From Myxococcota bacterium (GTDB lineage: Bacteria; Myxococcota_A; SURF-8; G963663525): DNA of 64,000 nt. Each line of letters begins with the position of its first letter. Position 1 is the first letter of the stretch. Under the pieces are notes generated by a model. That model was not told the DNA's origin. It did not search any database and saw only the letters and a program-made list of their open reading frames with translations. Location of the stretch: contig CAXXVK010000060.1 in the NCBI GenBank assembly GCA_963676915.2, forward strand, positions 160,001 through 224,000, in the 5' to 3' direction. A program made the translations under genes and the position numbers. Positions 19,839 through 29,900 of the stretch are shown in pieces.

Positions 19839-20924
19839 TTAAAATTCTCCGCGAAGCATGGCTTGGAATTCCGGGATGGGTTGCAGACTGCGCAGGTCGG
19901 GATCTTTGCGCATCATGTCGGTTTCCACGAAACCGTTCATCAGGGCGATTTTCAGATAGCGCATGGCCAGATCGCTTTTGTCCTGAAGGGCATAGATGCA
20001 CCCGATATTGTAGTAGGCATCCTGATAGTTCGGGTCGCAGACCAGCGCTTTTTTGTAGGCTTCCAACGCTTCGTCGTACATGTTGCGGGCGTAATAGGTG
20101 ATTCCGACACCGTTGGTGGCGAAGGGGTCGCAAGGGCTTTCTTTCAATGCCGCCTGGAATTTCGCCCGAGCCTGCTCGAATTTTCCCGCACCCAATAGAC
20201 CTTTGCCCTCATTTTTGTATTGGAGGGCTTTGTCGGTCAGTTTCAGCGCCGCCATCGGGTCGTAGGTGCCCGGTTCGGGGCGTGGTCCGTGCAGGACTTT
20301 CTTTTTGTGCTCGTACTTCCCTTTCAAATCCCCGAGAGCCTCCAGGTTTTCCGGCTCTTCGACACTGGGTTCGGCGAGTTCGTCGGTTTCCGGCAGCGGT
20401 TCCTGCGGTGTATTGGAAGGGATGGATTTGGAGGAAGAAACAGCGGATTTTGCGGGTTTAGCAGACTTTTTTGCAGCGGCGCGTTTCCAGTACAGCCCGT
20501 TTTTTCCGGTCAATCCCTGGATCGTGCAGCCTTTGGCATTGACGTTGACCGACCCGGACAGCACCTTGCCGGAACCATCCAGCAGCAACACACCGAATCC
20601 CCAGATTTCGCTAGAGCATCCGGGAGCATCCAGGCGGATTTTACCGGAAAGGCTGTCTTCCATCATCACGCCTTCCAGAATCAGGTCGCCGGATTTCAGG
20701 GTGACGCCTTCCGCCGGAAGAGCGAGTTTCCCCACGATTTTACCCGAAACGGCCGAAACCCGAATATCGCCCAGCAAACCGGACCAGTTGCCAGTGACAT
20801 CGGATTGTGCAAACAGGGTGGCGGGTAGCAGTAGCATCGGAAACAGAACCACCGAAATCGCAAGAAACCGTAGAAAAGAACGTTTGGAGGCTGAAATGTC
20901 ATAACCTATCGGATTTTTCATCAT
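19839..20924 (-). CDS. Exported protein with C-terminal TPRs
   Basis: Signal-like helix ending TLFA, beta-rich N domain, low-complexity linker, TPRs (AYYNIGCIYAL...DPDL.SL). Confidence 0.8.
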   Translation of the reverse strand: MMKNPIGYDISASKRSFLRFLAISVVLFPMLLLPATLFAQSDVTGNWSGLLGDIRVSAVSGKIVGKLALPAEGVTLKSGDLILEGVMMEDSLSGKIRLDAPGCSSEIWGFGVLLLDGSGKVLSGSVNVNAKGCTIQGLTGKNGLYWKRAAAKKSAKPAKSAVSSSKSIPSNTPQEPLPETDELAEPSVEEPENLEALGDLKGKYEHKKKVLHGPRPEPGTYDPMAALKLTDKALQYKNEGKGLLGAGKFEQARAKFQAALKESPCDPFATNGVGITYYARNMYDEALEAYKKALVCDPNYQDAYYNIGCIYALQDKSDLAMRYLKIALMNGFVETDMMRKDPDLRSLQPIPEFQAMLRGEF

Positions 20925-21034
20925 TTTTTGCCTTTTCCCCGTAAGTTTTCTTGACTTAATTTTATAAAATTATGTAAAGTTAATACATGTTGAAATGGAA
21001 AACGGTTCGTATACTGTAACGCAGAGGATGTGCT

Positions 21035-21340
21035 TTGTCGAATCCGCGACCGAAAAAAATCCTGTTGGATGTAGCAGGACAAAAGCTCAAGGTCATGACG
21101 GATCTGGAGGAATCCTACGTGCAGCGAATCGCCGCTTACCTGGACCGCCGGATCGGCGCGGTACAGAAGTCGGGGAATGTGGGGATTTCTCAAAAGACGA
21201 TCCTATTGGCGGCGTTGGATCTCGCCGAAGAGGTGATCAGTCTGAACCACCAGTTGAACGAATTGCGTTTTCGAAACGATTCCAATAAAAAGAGTGATTC
21301 CGATCCATTGACAGTTTCGGATAAGTTAGGGTATGAATAA
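21035..21340 (+). CDS. zapA: Cell division protein ZapA
   Basis: VAGQKLKV...EESYVQRIAAYLD...LAALDLAEE; canonical position upstream of rny. Confidence 0.85.
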   Translation: MSNPRPKKILLDVAGQKLKVMTDLEESYVQRIAAYLDRRIGAVQKSGNVGISQKTILLAALDLAEEVISLNHQLNELRFRNDSNKKSDSDPLTVSDKLGYE

Positions 21341-21371
21341 GAGTTGCGATTTTTTCGCACGTTTGGCACCG

Positions 21372-21545
21372 CCGGATCATGCGGCGTTCATATATAACAG
21401 GTTTCGGATCGAACCTCAGTAGCATTAGCCTTTTCCCCGGCCACAAGCCGGATCAGATAGCGCCCGGAATTTCCGGGTTCACCAGCCTACTAAGAGCCTT
21501 TTTCGGCCGATTCCTTGAACACCGCCTTGGTCATGATGGGTCCGA
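21372..21545. ncRNA. Structured RNA candidate at the usual 6S RNA (ssrS) position
   Basis: zapA-[gap]-rny synteny; long-range pairings GCGGCGTTCA/TGAACACCGC, TCAGTAG/CTACTAA, GAACC/GGTTC; strand unresolved. Confidence 0.4.
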
Positions 21546-21601
21546 CTGCGTAAATCCGGTGAAATTCCGGGGTAATTTACCCTCTGACAAGGAGAAAAAC
21601 T

Positions 21602-23164
21602 ATGCCTACGTGGCTTGCGATATTGTTGGTGTTGATGGCCGTTGGCGTCGGGATCGGCGCAGGCATCTATTTTCAGCAACTCAGGGAAAAGCTGGTCGCC
21701 AAGGAAGCCCGGCGAACCGCCGAAGGCATTGAAAGCGAAGCCAAAGCCAAAGCCGATCGCCTGTTGAAAGAAGCCGAGCTGAAAATCAAGGAACAGGAAA
21801 TCCGCAATCAGGAGCGTTTCGAGAAAGAGGCCAAGCAGCAACGTGAAAAGCTTTCCCGAATCGAGCAACGGCTGGAGGAGAAAGAAGATAAAGTCACCCG
21901 CAAAATGGAGAATCTCGAAAAGCGGGACGAAGAACTTTCACGACACAAAAACCGCCTCACCCAGAAAGAAAGCCTGCTGGATGACAAGGCGTTGAAAGCT
22001 GAAAAATTGCTGGAAGAGCGCAAAACGCAGCTCGAAGTCGTCGCCCAGATGACCAGTGAAGAAGCCCGACGCACCTTGATGGACCAGATGGTCGAGGAAT
22101 CCAAACAACAGGCTGCGCAACACCTCAAGGTGATGGAAGAAGACGCCCGCGACATGGCCGAAATGAAGGCCAAAAACATCATCGCTCAAACCATTCAGCG
22201 CTACGCCGGGGATTACGTCGCCGAAAAAACCGTCAGCGTGATCAGCCTGCCCAACGACGAAATGAAGGGCCGGATCATCGGCCGTGAGGGTCGGAACATC
22301 CGGGCGATCGAGGCGGCGACCGGTATTGATTTAATCATCGACGATACGCCCGAGGCGATCATCCTGTCCGGGTTCAACCCGATCCGCCGGGAAGTGGCTC
22401 GCATGGCCCTGGAACGGCTGATTTCGGATGGCCGGATTCATCCGACCCGGATCGAGGAAATGGTGCAGAAATGCGAGCAGGAACTTGAAGGAAAGATCAA
22501 GGATTTCGGGCAACAAGCCGCCATGGACTTGGGCATTCACGGCTTGCATCCCGAGTTGTTGAAACTGATCGGTCGTTTACGCTGGCGCACCAGTTACACC
22601 CAGAACGTCTGGGAACATTCGCTGGAAGTGGCTTATATGTCCGGCATGATGGCGTCCGAGCTGGGGATTTCGGTCAAGCAGGCGCGACGGGCCGGATTGC
22701 TGCACGATATCGGCAAGGCACTGACCCATGAAGTGGACGGCTCCCACGCCCTGATCGGTGCGCAACTGGCGAAAAAGTATGGCGAAACGCCGAAAATCGT
22801 CCACGCCATCAAGGCTCACCACGAAGAGGAAAAACCCGAAACCGTGCTGGCGGTGATCGTACAGGCCGCCGACAGTCTGTCCGGCGCACGCCCAGGCGCT
22901 CGAAAAGAAATCCTCGAATCCTACATCAAGCGCTTGTCCGATCTGGAGAACATCGCTCGTGGCTTCGACGGTGTGGACAAATCGTATGCGATTCAAGCAG
23001 GCCGGGAATTGCGGGTCATCGTGGAATCCCGCAAGGTCAACGACGCCGACGCGGTGATCCTCTCCAACGAAATCGCCAAGAAAGTCGAAGAGGATCTGAC
23101 CTATCCGGGACAAATCAAGGTTGTGGTCATCCGCGAAACCCGCGCCACGGGAGTTGCTCACTAA
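21602..23164 (+). CDS. rny: Ribonuclease Y
   Basis: N-terminal TM + coiled coil, KH (KGRIIGREGRNIR), HD (LLHDIGK), TYPGQIKV. Confidence 0.98.
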   Translation: MPTWLAILLVLMAVGVGIGAGIYFQQLREKLVAKEARRTAEGIESEAKAKADRLLKEAELKIKEQEIRNQERFEKEAKQQREKLSRIEQRLEEKEDKVTRKMENLEKRDEELSRHKNRLTQKESLLDDKALKAEKLLEERKTQLEVVAQMTSEEARRTLMDQMVEESKQQAAQHLKVMEEDARDMAEMKAKNIIAQTIQRYAGDYVAEKTVSVISLPNDEMKGRIIGREGRNIRAIEAATGIDLIIDDTPEAIILSGFNPIRREVARMALERLISDGRIHPTRIEEMVQKCEQELEGKIKDFGQQAAMDLGIHGLHPELLKLIGRLRWRTSYTQNVWEHSLEVAYMSGMMASELGISVKQARRAGLLHDIGKALTHEVDGSHALIGAQLAKKYGETPKIVHAIKAHHEEEKPETVLAVIVQAADSLSGARPGARKEILESYIKRLSDLENIARGFDGVDKSYAIQAGRELRVIVESRKVNDADAVILSNEIAKKVEEDLTYPGQIKVVVIRETRATGVAH

Positions 23165-23190
23165 CTCTCCGAAAATATGAAAACTTTTGA

Positions 23191-23221
23191 GACGCCTGCT
23201 GATTTTTCGGCAGGCGTTTTT
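23191..23221 (+). terminator. Intrinsic terminator after rny
   Basis: GACGCCTGCTGA-tttt-TCGGCAGGCGTT stem + Ts. Confidence 0.78.
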
Positions 23222-23225
23222 CGTT

Positions 23226-23367
23226 GGGATAAGTAGGATAAGTAGGTCGGGCAAATTTCTTGCCCGACATTGCCAAGGAATCGGTAGGGTAGCACGAACC
23301 AAGCATAGGGTAGCGACTGTGATTGAAGGGAAGTAGGAAGTAGGTCGGGTGAGGAATTATCCGACCT
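23226..23367 (+). repeat. REP cluster (family A, GTAG-type), two units
   Basis: GTAG-GTCGGGCAA-atttc-TTGCCCGAC at 23242-23268 and variant GTAG-GTCGGGTGA-ggaa-TTATCCGAC at 23340-23365, each preceded by a GG(AT)AAGTA tandem repeat. Confidence 0.75.
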
Positions 23368-23380
23368 GCGGAGTTTATTT

Positions 23381-23773
23381 TCACTTTTTCAATGGATCAG
23401 TCCCGATAAAAGGTAAAAATGGTTCCGAACCTTCTTTTAATATTCCATTGTCTGTAAAAGAGTAAATGTCCCGATAATTCATACTTGAGGTATAATAACC
23501 TCCACTAAATGAGTACGGATCTTTTCCTTTCACTGTATGAACCAATATCTTAATCTGGCTTTCTGCACAGGCTAAAGGAATAACAATTTCAATGCTGTTG
23601 CTCTCATCTAGATTCTTGAAAATTCTTTTCTTCTGGCAATTGAATATAGTAATTCGTTCAATTTTATTGATGCTGTTGTTTTTAACAAGTATGTAGAGAT
23701 TATTATCCCATGCGATGATCGAAAGGATAATTGCAATACATAGAAAAAACGTGATAATGATTTTTTTAGCCAT
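23381..23773 (-). CDS. AT-rich orphan small membrane-anchored/exported protein
   Basis: 130-aa ORF, N-terminal hydrophobic helix, two further Cys; visibly much lower GC than neighbours. Confidence 0.65.
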   Translation of the reverse strand: MAKKIIITFFLCIAIILSIIAWDNNLYILVKNNSINKIERITIFNCQKKRIFKNLDESNSIEIVIPLACAESQIKILVHTVKGKDPYSFSGGYYTSSMNYRDIYSFTDNGILKEGSEPFLPFIGTDPLKK

Positions 23774-23849
23774 TTGTTAATACTTATGGTGCGTAACATC
23801 ACCATTTTACCACAGCAAACACCTGAAAACTGACACAATAAGGATCATG

Positions 23850-23914
23850 CAATGTCGGGTAAATTCTTAACCCGACATTGGCAAAGTGTCGGGCAAGAAA
23901 TTTGCCCGACCTCC
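23850..23914 (-). repeat. REP cluster (family A), inverted relative to 23242 copy
   Basis: CAATGTCGGGT..ACCCGACATTG palindrome plus reverse-complement copy GGAG-GTCGGGCAAATTTCTTGCCCGAC at 23888-23914. Confidence 0.75.
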
Positions 23915-23971
23915 TCGTAACTTGCCCCAACGAACTAAAGCCAATCGACTAACTAGTAAAAAAACGATATC

Positions 23972-24658
23972 TTACGGCCATTCGATGCCGATGGTCGAAT
24001 CCAGCGCCCAGTGATGGCCGAACTTGAATGAATCGATGGGTTGGGGCAGGTTGGGAGCTTTGATACCGGTTGCGCCGTAAAGAATGGAAATCTCGTAAAC
24101 TACCGCCCAGTTTTTCGAGAGCGACGGATACCAGGTTCCCGACAACGGCAGGCGAAAAAACAATTCCCCGCCATAAAGAATTTTATCGCTTAAAATCACG
24201 CCGAGTTTCGGTCCCAAACCGGCTGAAATCACCCAATGTCCGAACACCCAACGATACGCCGTGCCGAAATACGCGCCCAATCCTGCAATCACGCTGAGTT
24301 CATCGCAATGGGAAAGAGAAAAATACGGTGTGAAATCGAAGATATACCCCGATCCCCCGCGTTTGATCCCGAAGTTGAGCAACCAGCCATGGCGGTCATC
24401 GACGATCAGGCCGGGGGCTGTGTTCACCGGGTCGGTCCCCGGACCTTTGGGGGTGTATTGCAACCGGTATTTTCCCTGATACAAGTATCCTATACGCGGG
24501 GACAGTTCGATTTTCGACAGTTTTTTCTTTCTCGGATGGTTCTCTTTGGTTTCGGCGGCATATCCACTGGAGAAGCACAACATACAAACGATCATCGAGA
24601 CCAGCGTGATCCACGCCAAGCCCGGCACCATTTTCGTTTGCTTCGATCCCCGATCCAT
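23972..24658 (-). CDS. Putative outer-membrane beta-barrel protein
   Basis: Signal peptide ending GYA, alternating Gly/aromatic beta-strands, C-terminal IGIEWP; start uncertain (24658 or 24631). Confidence 0.55.
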   Translation of the reverse strand: MDRGSKQTKMVPGLAWITLVSMIVCMLCFSSGYAAETKENHPRKKKLSKIELSPRIGYLYQGKYRLQYTPKGPGTDPVNTAPGLIVDDRHGWLLNFGIKRGGSGYIFDFTPYFSLSHCDELSVIAGLGAYFGTAYRWVFGHWVISAGLGPKLGVILSDKILYGGELFFRLPLSGTWYPSLSKNWAVVYEISILYGATGIKAPNLPQPIDSFKFGHHWALDSTIGIEWP

Positions 24659-24860
24659 ATCGTACCCTATCCTTGACCGTTCGAGAAAGGCCAGTATAGA
24701 GCAAGCGCTTTCCGGCGGCAAGGAACGGTTGCCGATCATCTTTCAGACGACTTCGTCGCCGGTCTCGACTTGAAAGACTCCCGGTATTCCACGTCTCGCC
24801 AACAACGAATCCGTCTCGAAATTGCCTCGAAATCCTCGGTCGCTAATTTTAGGATAGCTT

Positions 24861-26603
24861 CTACTCGAAAGTTGCGGGCGGCTTTTCCTGGCTGCCGAAC
24901 GGGTCTTCGACGTTCAGGCGTTTTTCCCGCTGTAATCGGAGTTTTTTCATGCGTCGTTTTTTGATCTGGATAACCATAAAGATCAAGAGCAGCACGGCTA
25001 GCAACGATACGATCAATTGCATCCGAAATACTTTGTAATAGGGCAAATACCCCCAAAGCGTGTCACCTCGCACCATAACGTTGCGAATATCGAGCAGACG
25101 CTCCCGGTCTTTGGGGGAACGAATGTCCCGAGATAGCGACAAAGCGTAGTTGATCTCGTTGATGGCCAGCGCCTGATTGGTATCGTAATATACGATAGCT
25201 TTGGCGAAATGCAGGAAAGGATCGGTCAACGATTGGTCATCGGCATGGTCGAGCCGTTTGACGGCTTGCTCGTATTCGCCCATATGCCAATGGGACAACG
25301 CCGCATATCCGGCGATACGACTCATCGAATTGTCGAGAATTTCCAGTTTGGCAAGACCCAATTGTGCGTCTCGATAGCGGTTGGAATGAAAATCCGCCAC
25401 GGTTCTGGCCCAGAGCGCAAAGATATCGTCCGGGTTTTTCGCTTCCCGAGCTTTCAGGCGTTTGTCGAAGTGGCGGTTGCCATCGAGTTCGAAAAACAGG
25501 TCATCGAAGGACGGAACCAGTTGTTTGTTTTTCGTCGGTTCCAGATCGTAGGCCGCTTCCAGCATTTCGGCGGCTTCCAGGTAGTTTCCGCTTTCATAGC
25601 GACAAGATCCCAGAGGAACGAAAAGCTTGCGCCGCAAATCGTCGGCCTGCCCCATGGTATCGAGCATCAGAGCTTCCAGTTCATCGCACAAACCGCCACC
25701 GGAATAGAGATCGATCAATCGTTTTTGCAGCACCGTACAGAGGGGATAACGGCGCATTCCGGCTTTGGATATGCTTGATGCCTGATTGAAAAGTTGTCTT
25801 TTTTCAAGCAGTTGAGATGTCCAGACCAGGGTTTTGCATACCGCATGACGCGAGATCGGGCTTTCGGCCTGGTACACGCGATCGAGCAAGGCATAAGCAT
25901 CTTCGCTCTTGCCCTGCAACAGATGCGTGCGCGCCATCTCGCGCATGGCGATTTCCCACAACGTTTCGTCCTCGGCTTCTTCCGTATACGGAGTCAACAG
26001 ACGGACCGCCGTTTCGAATTGACCACGCTGGGTGGCCAGTGCCGCTTCGAAAATCTCCAATTGACCGAGCTTGTTTTGAGAAGACAAGTCCGAGCGCATC
26101 GACTCCCACAGGTGTGGCATGGCATCGAGGATAGCGGTTTTGTAGTAATTTTGAAACGTTAGACCGAAAGCGTCGTCGGGCCGTTGTTCGACTTTCTTTT
26201 CTGAAACATTCCATTTCCATTTCGGCAAGCCGGGAACAGCCGCCGTAAACGCCTGCCATGCCGGAAGAATCGTTTCGGGAATCGGGTCGGTCTCGACACC
26301 AACCGCCACCGAACCGATAATTTTTGCTCCGGAAGAGCGTTGTTGCGGATGAAGCAAGCGGAAACAAACCTGAACGTCGCTGTTTTCTTTCAGCTTCAGA
26401 CAGGTTCGAACGCTGTCCTGACTGATGACGATATCGGTGAATTCACTGGTGGAAGGCAAGGCGGATTTCGCCTTATCGAAAAACCGCTGGACACCGGCCT
26501 GGCCTTCTTCATCGATGACCCAATGCGTTGTTTCTCCCATTAGTAAGGAAGGGAAAATCCACAACCCAAGTATCCCCATCCACATACCGATGAATTTCCC
26601 CAT
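24861..26603 (-). CDS. Exported TPR protein with C-terminal membrane anchor
   Basis: Signal peptide, TPR-like helices, LIVSLLAVLLLIFMVIQI followed by KKRR. Confidence 0.75.
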   Translation of the reverse strand: MGKFIGMWMGILGLWIFPSLLMGETTHWVIDEEGQAGVQRFFDKAKSALPSTSEFTDIVISQDSVRTCLKLKENSDVQVCFRLLHPQQRSSGAKIIGSVAVGVETDPIPETILPAWQAFTAAVPGLPKWKWNVSEKKVEQRPDDAFGLTFQNYYKTAILDAMPHLWESMRSDLSSQNKLGQLEIFEAALATQRGQFETAVRLLTPYTEEAEDETLWEIAMREMARTHLLQGKSEDAYALLDRVYQAESPISRHAVCKTLVWTSQLLEKRQLFNQASSISKAGMRRYPLCTVLQKRLIDLYSGGGLCDELEALMLDTMGQADDLRRKLFVPLGSCRYESGNYLEAAEMLEAAYDLEPTKNKQLVPSFDDLFFELDGNRHFDKRLKAREAKNPDDIFALWARTVADFHSNRYRDAQLGLAKLEILDNSMSRIAGYAALSHWHMGEYEQAVKRLDHADDQSLTDPFLHFAKAIVYYDTNQALAINEINYALSLSRDIRSPKDRERLLDIRNVMVRGDTLWGYLPYYKVFRMQLIVSLLAVLLLIFMVIQIKKRRMKKLRLQREKRLNVEDPFGSQEKPPATFE

Positions 26604-26994
26604 TGGCTTCGCTCCCGATTTTGTGCTAACATTTTACCGACGGATTTTCATGGTAGTGGATTCGCTACGATCTTCCAAGGGAAAATCCGCAGCCTGACAA
26701 GGATGGGGCGGATTTTTTCATGCGTTTCATGCCTGATGGACTCTTTTCGTCAGGGCGGCGGGTGATACGACGGGAAATGTAGTGCGGGTTCACATATGGC
26801 GAGAATTCGAAAACTTTGGCTGCAAGCGGGGTTTTTTCGTGGATTTTCGCAGGACTTTCTACGTGCGAAATGAAGGAATTCCGGCCAAAGGTTTGCGGTA
26901 TCGTGTGCCTTCTGATAGAATTATGTGCTGAGAATTACAAAAAATTCAGGTTTGCCCCGGATTTTTACCGTGCTCTTCCAGGAGTGGAAACCTC

Positions 26995-29900
26995 ATGAAA
27001 ATTACATGCGGAACCTGCTCCGCCAAATTTAAAGTGGCGGACAGCAAAATTCCGGACAAAGGGGTCGTGATCAAGTGTCCGAAATGCGGATCACCCATTC
27101 AAGTGGAAAAAGAAATTCCCGCCGAGGAGGCCGCACCTCAGGATCAGACACTGGACCCGTTGGATCTTCCTCCCGCGCCGGATTTCAATTCGGATTTGCC
27201 TCCGGCCGAGGATGTCGATGTGTTCGGCGCTGCAATTCAGGCTCCTCCCGAGGATGACGACGATGCTGGCGGGGTCACGTCCGGGACATTGTCGGATACG
27301 CAATTCAGTTTCGACGATCTCGGTCTGGACGAGGATCTCTCCCGTTCTGTGGACGATGACGATCTGTTCGATACCATTTCACCCGATTCGATTCCGACGG
27401 CCCCGGATATTTCCCTGGGCGATACGGAAGCACCCGCTTCCGCGTCGGCAGATGGCGTTGGGAAACTCGGTGCGACGAAATACGAGTTGGAAACCGGTTC
27501 GCAACAGGAAGACACCAGTTCTCTGACCCGTTTCGATCCCCTTCCCGCCGACACGCAATTCGGTGAAGATGCTACGGATTTCGGAGAAATCGATTACACC
27601 GGCAGCGATCAGGCTACCCAGGCGGTGTCCGACCCGCAAACCCAGATCGAGTCGGCCGAAGGTTCTCAGACGTTCAGCGAAATGGATATCGACCTTCCGG
27701 CTCCACCGGAAGAAGGCGGTCTGACCCAGTTCGCATCCCCCGACCAGTTAACCGGATTCGGCGAAGAAGATACGGATTTCGGTGCCGGGACGGACGTTAC
27801 GGATTTCGGTGGACGAGGCAACGAATTCACGGATTTCGGAGATCGCACGAATTTCGGCGATGTCGAGCAGTTGGGAGATGAACTTCTCGATCACCTGACC
27901 GATTTCGACACCAAAAAGACGTTTTCGGTCAAACGTCCCAGTGGGGATGTTGTCGGTCCTTTCACCGAAGATGCTATCCTGGACATGCTGGCTCGGGGCA
28001 AGCTTTCCGGCGAGGAACTGGTTGGTAAAGAGGACGACTGGACCCCGATCGTGGAAGTCGAAGCTTTTTCGGATGCCGCGCTTCAGGCACGTTCCCAGTT
28101 GGACTCGACCGAGGCCGTGATTCCGCAGGAATCGGAATCTCTGCTGAAAGAACGGGAACGCATTCAGGACGAAGCCAAACGCCGACGTCGGGCCGGTTCG
28201 CTCGATGTCGTTACCGGCGCTCGCGAAGGCAAACGACTTTTCAGCGGGAAAATTCTGGTCGCGCTACCGGTGATTGCCGTTCTGGCATTGGCCTTTGTAT
28301 ACTTCACGTTCATCGAAGAACGAGGCATCATCGACATTCTCACCGGCCACGATCCGTTGGAAGATGCGTACAAAGTCCGACTTTCCAACAATTCTCCGGC
28401 CTTGGTGTCCAAGTACAGCGAATACCTTTCGTTGATGTACAAAGACGACTTCCCCAGTTTGAGCAAAGCCCGCGAAAAGACACTGGAGACGCTCCAAGCC
28501 GAAAGCCCGTTCTGGGGAGAGGAACTGTTCCATGCCCTGCTTCATCTGGCGAATACGGAAATCATTCGCCGCTATGGTGGAGGCGTGCAGCTTCAACAGG
28601 AAGTCCAAAAGTCCGATGAAATCCTCCGGGCGGCGCAGGTGGTCAAAGACGACCCGGAATTCCACTTAGCCTTCGGTTCCTGGAATCTATGGAAACGGCA
28701 TTACGATACTGCGAAAAAAGAGTTCACCGAAGCGCTTTCGCTGTTCGGAAATCCCAACCACGAACGAACCTTGCATTTGCTGGCGGAAACCTACATTTTC
28801 CTTCCCGAAAAAGAACAGGGCTACCAGCACCTGAACAAACTCATCGAAAGCGACAAGGCCAACGCTCGAACGTATATCTTGTACGGATTGCTCTACGTTT
28901 CGGAAAAACGATTCGAAGAAGCTCGCGATCAATTCAACAAAGCACTTGAAATCGACCCGGAAAACCTGGACGCCCAGATCGAACTGGCGGCCACGACCAT
29001 GTACCTGCCGCAGGGAGAATCCAAGTCGATCAAAGAGCTGACCGAGATCAAAAACAAGAATCCCGATCGTCTTGCCCGTCGGCAACTGGGTAATATTCAT
29101 TACTACCTTTCTCTTGTCTACAAACGCCTCGATCAGTTGTACAAACAACAAAAAGAGTTGTTGGCCGCAATCGAGCAGGAGCCGGACAACTACATTTACC
29201 GTTTGAAGCTCGGGTATTTCCATCTCAACAAGCACGAGTACGAAAAAGCGGAAGAGCAGTTCGAGCACTGCAAGCTCAAAGCGCCGAAGGTAGCGGCCTG
29301 TCACGTCGGACTGGGAGAAGTGTTCCTGGCGACCAACCGCCCCGACCAGGCGTTATTCGTCATGGACAAAGTGGTCAAATGGGCCGCCAACGATTCCGAG
29401 GTTCATTTCCTTTTGGGTCGATCCTACGAAGGAATTTTCAAGCCGAAACTGGCGCTTGCGGAATTCAAAAAAGCCATGCAGCTCGATGGCAACCAGGTCC
29501 GGTATTTCACCCACACGGCCATGATGCACCTCAAGGATGGCAACCAGGTGGAAGCGGGTAACATGATTCAGCAGGCGTTGATGAAAGACCCGAATTCTTC
29601 ATGGGTTTTCAATGCCTTGGGTGAAATGCAACTCTACCAGAAAGACAACGCCACGGCGATCGAATCGTTCAAGGGAGCGATCAAAGCCAATCCGAAATTC
29701 ATTCCGGCATTGTACAATCTAGCCAACCTGTATCGCGACCAGGGACTGTACAGGCAAGCGATCGAAGAATACGACAAGGTGTTGGCACTCGACGAAAAGA
29801 GCGACCGTGCCCACTACGGTCTGGCAACGACGTATCTTGCACAGAAGCAACTCGATAAAGCCGTGGCCGAATTCGAACGGGCTTTGAGTCTCAATCGCCG

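Noticed and set aside
23226-23914. CRISPR array or integron cassette interpretation of the palindromic repeats
   Set aside because: No regular repeat-spacer periodicity, no cas or intI gene, no clear attC RYYYAAC/GTTRRRY ends
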